From contig NW_008246115.1 in assembly GCF_000281045.1 (NCBI RefSeq), positions 317,438-367,465 on the forward strand: 50,028 nt of DNA. Reading direction: 5' to 3'. Of this stretch, positions 48,095 to 50,028 are shown piece by piece; the stretch's first letter is position 1, and every line of letters starts with the position of its first letter. Made by a program: the position numbers and the translations under genes. The notes beneath the pieces are model-generated. The model saw nothing but the letters and a program-made list of their open reading frames with translations, ran no database searches and had not been told where the DNA came from. This stretch comes from Saprolegnia diclina VS20 (lineage: Eukaryota).

Positions 48095-49813
48095 ATGAAG
48101 CTCGCCGACTTTGTCGTCAACGGACTCAAGCCCGACCGCCTCAAGTGGCTGCGCGGCGAGAGCACGGCCAATGGCGGCCGTCACGTCCTCTACTACATGC
48201 AAGCGTCGTTGCGCACGCGCTACAACTACGCCCTTCACGCCGCGATCAAGGCCGCCAACACCCTCCAGCAGCCACTGCACGTGCTCTTCACGGTCGACAC
48301 GTCCGCCGAGCGCATGTCGGAACGTCACATGGCCTTTCTGCTCGAGAGCCTCAAGGACGTCCACGCCTCGCTCCAGTCGCAGAAAATTCCGTTCCATGCG
48401 GTGCACTGCGAGCGCGCCTCGAGCATGACGCCGGTTGAAGCCATCGCCTTTGCGAGCGCCAACGCGTCAGTCGTCGTCACCGATCACCCGTATCTGCGCC
48501 ACGAACGGTGCCGCACGGAAGCGTTTGTGGCTGCCGTCAAGGTGCCGGTGCTGCAGGTCGAGGCCGACGTGATGATCCCCGTCACCACGATCAGCAACCA
48601 TGAAGAGCACAACAACGGCACAATCCGACCCAAGATCAAGAAACTCATGCCAAACTACCTCCTTCCGCTGCCGCCATTGCGGTACCTCAAGCCGACGGTG
48701 CCCGACACTTGGTCGCCGCCGTTGACGCCGCTCGATCTCAGCGCGTCGGTCGAGAGCCTCTTGGCGGCAGCGCCCGACGTTGATGTGTCTGTCCCGCGCG
48801 TGTCGACGTACCTTGGTGGCGAAACGCAAGCGCAGGCAACGCTCGACGTGTTTCTTCGGGACAAGCTATTGGACTACGAGACCGAGCGCAACAAGCCCGA
48901 TAAGGACGCGACGAGCAACCTGAGTCCGTATTTGCGCTACGGCAACATCTCGCCGGTCGACGTGGCCCTCCGTGTGCTCGCCACCGAGGGCCCAGAGCCG
49001 GCGATGACGCTGTCGCGGAACCACATGATCGACGAGATGGTCGTGCGGCGCGAACTCGCCGTCAACTTTGTGTGGTACAACCGACACGACTACGACTCGC
49101 TCGCGTGTTTACCGCCTGTCGCGGCCAACACACTCGCCAAGCACGCCAGCGACAAGCGCGATTACGTCTACTCGGCCGACCAGCTCGAGCGCGCCAAGAC
49201 GCATGACGCGTACTGGAATGCGTGCCAGCTCGATATGATGGCCACGGGCAAGGTACCACATATCTGGGATCTTTTCCAAAACCACATCTGACATCTGGTC
49301 ATCTAGATGCAAGGCTATTTGCGCCAGTACTGGGGCAAAAAGATCCTCGAGTGGAGTGCGACGCCGGAAGAAGGCCATGCGTTCGCCGTCGTCCAGAACG
49401 CCAAGTACAACCTCGACGGCTACGACCCGAACGGCTACGCCGGCGTCGCCTGGTCCTTTGGGTAGAGACCGTTATCGCGCTCGATTCGACAAGCTGAGTG
49501 TTTGCTGCGTAGGAAGCACGATCGGGTCTTCTCTGAGCGGCCAGTATACGGCACGGTGCGCTACATGGGCGCGCGCCGCCTCAATGATATCTTTGACATG
49601 CCCGCGTACATTGCGCTCGTCAAGCAGCGCTGCGCCGACGCCAAGCTCCCGCATGTGCTTTTGCAGTCGCCGGCCAATGCCAAGCGGTCGAGCGCCTCGA
49701 ACAAAGGACCGCGCCACGACGCGCCGCCTCCGACGCCGACTGAGCACAAGAAGCGCCGGCCTCGGTCCCGCAAGAAGAAGACGCAGACGCCGCCGTCGGG
49801 CACGGCCGCATAA
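48095..49813 (+). CDS. phr: Class II CPD DNA photolyase (3 exons)
   Basis: [72 protein letters not shown] and [14 protein letters not shown]; basic C-terminal tail. Confidence 0.93.
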
Positions 49814-50028
49814 GAATACGTAATGTCATCTTATAATGGACTTTTGTGGTCCATTGCACTCGCGATGATGTACCCCGGTGTACAGATCTGGCAAGAGCGA
49901 TATCTCGTGCTGTAGACCTCACACGATGACGGGACGTAGCGCTTTGAACTCTCCAAAGCGTCTTCTATCAATGTGCCAAGTTGCAGCGAGTTGGATTTTG
50001 AACGCGATTTGGTCGATCGCAAGTCCTG

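Noticed and set aside
49831..50028. 3' end of a minus-strand gene at the window edge
   Set aside because: An open frame exists but is too short and featureless to support a call.

Overview
Gene-dense eukaryotic genomic DNA. It is GC-rich, has many short (about 40-70 nt) GT-AG introns and carries a GPCR-PIPK fusion gene, which together point to an oomycete, most likely Saprolegnia or a relative (inference). About 20 protein-coding genes can be reconstructed by hand-splicing: a DHHC palmitoyltransferase, an amino-acid transporter, two tandem SLC35F6-like transporters, EAPP, a double-TBC RabGAP, an OSCA/TMEM63 channel, an RNI-like protein, an IQ/EF-hand ciliary-type protein, a GPCR-PIPK, CCT-alpha, an LRRC23-like protein, a stand-alone KIX-like protein, a PA-TM-RING E3 ligase, a psq-HTH factor, Gemin7, DHX29 and a class II CPD photolyase. 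A 100-N gap is preceded by a probable transposon-like insertion and followed by a roughly 99% identical second copy of the OSCA 3' end, which is probably the other haplotype. The most intriguing item is a gene of about 840 aa at 7728-10335 (-). It combines a dense GW/WG (Argonaute-hook-like) array, an RS/RG-rich region and a spliced C-terminal SPOC-like domain, making it a candidate link between small-RNA/Argonaute silencing and Pol II or RNA processing. All family calls come from motif recognition by eye; no database searches were run.
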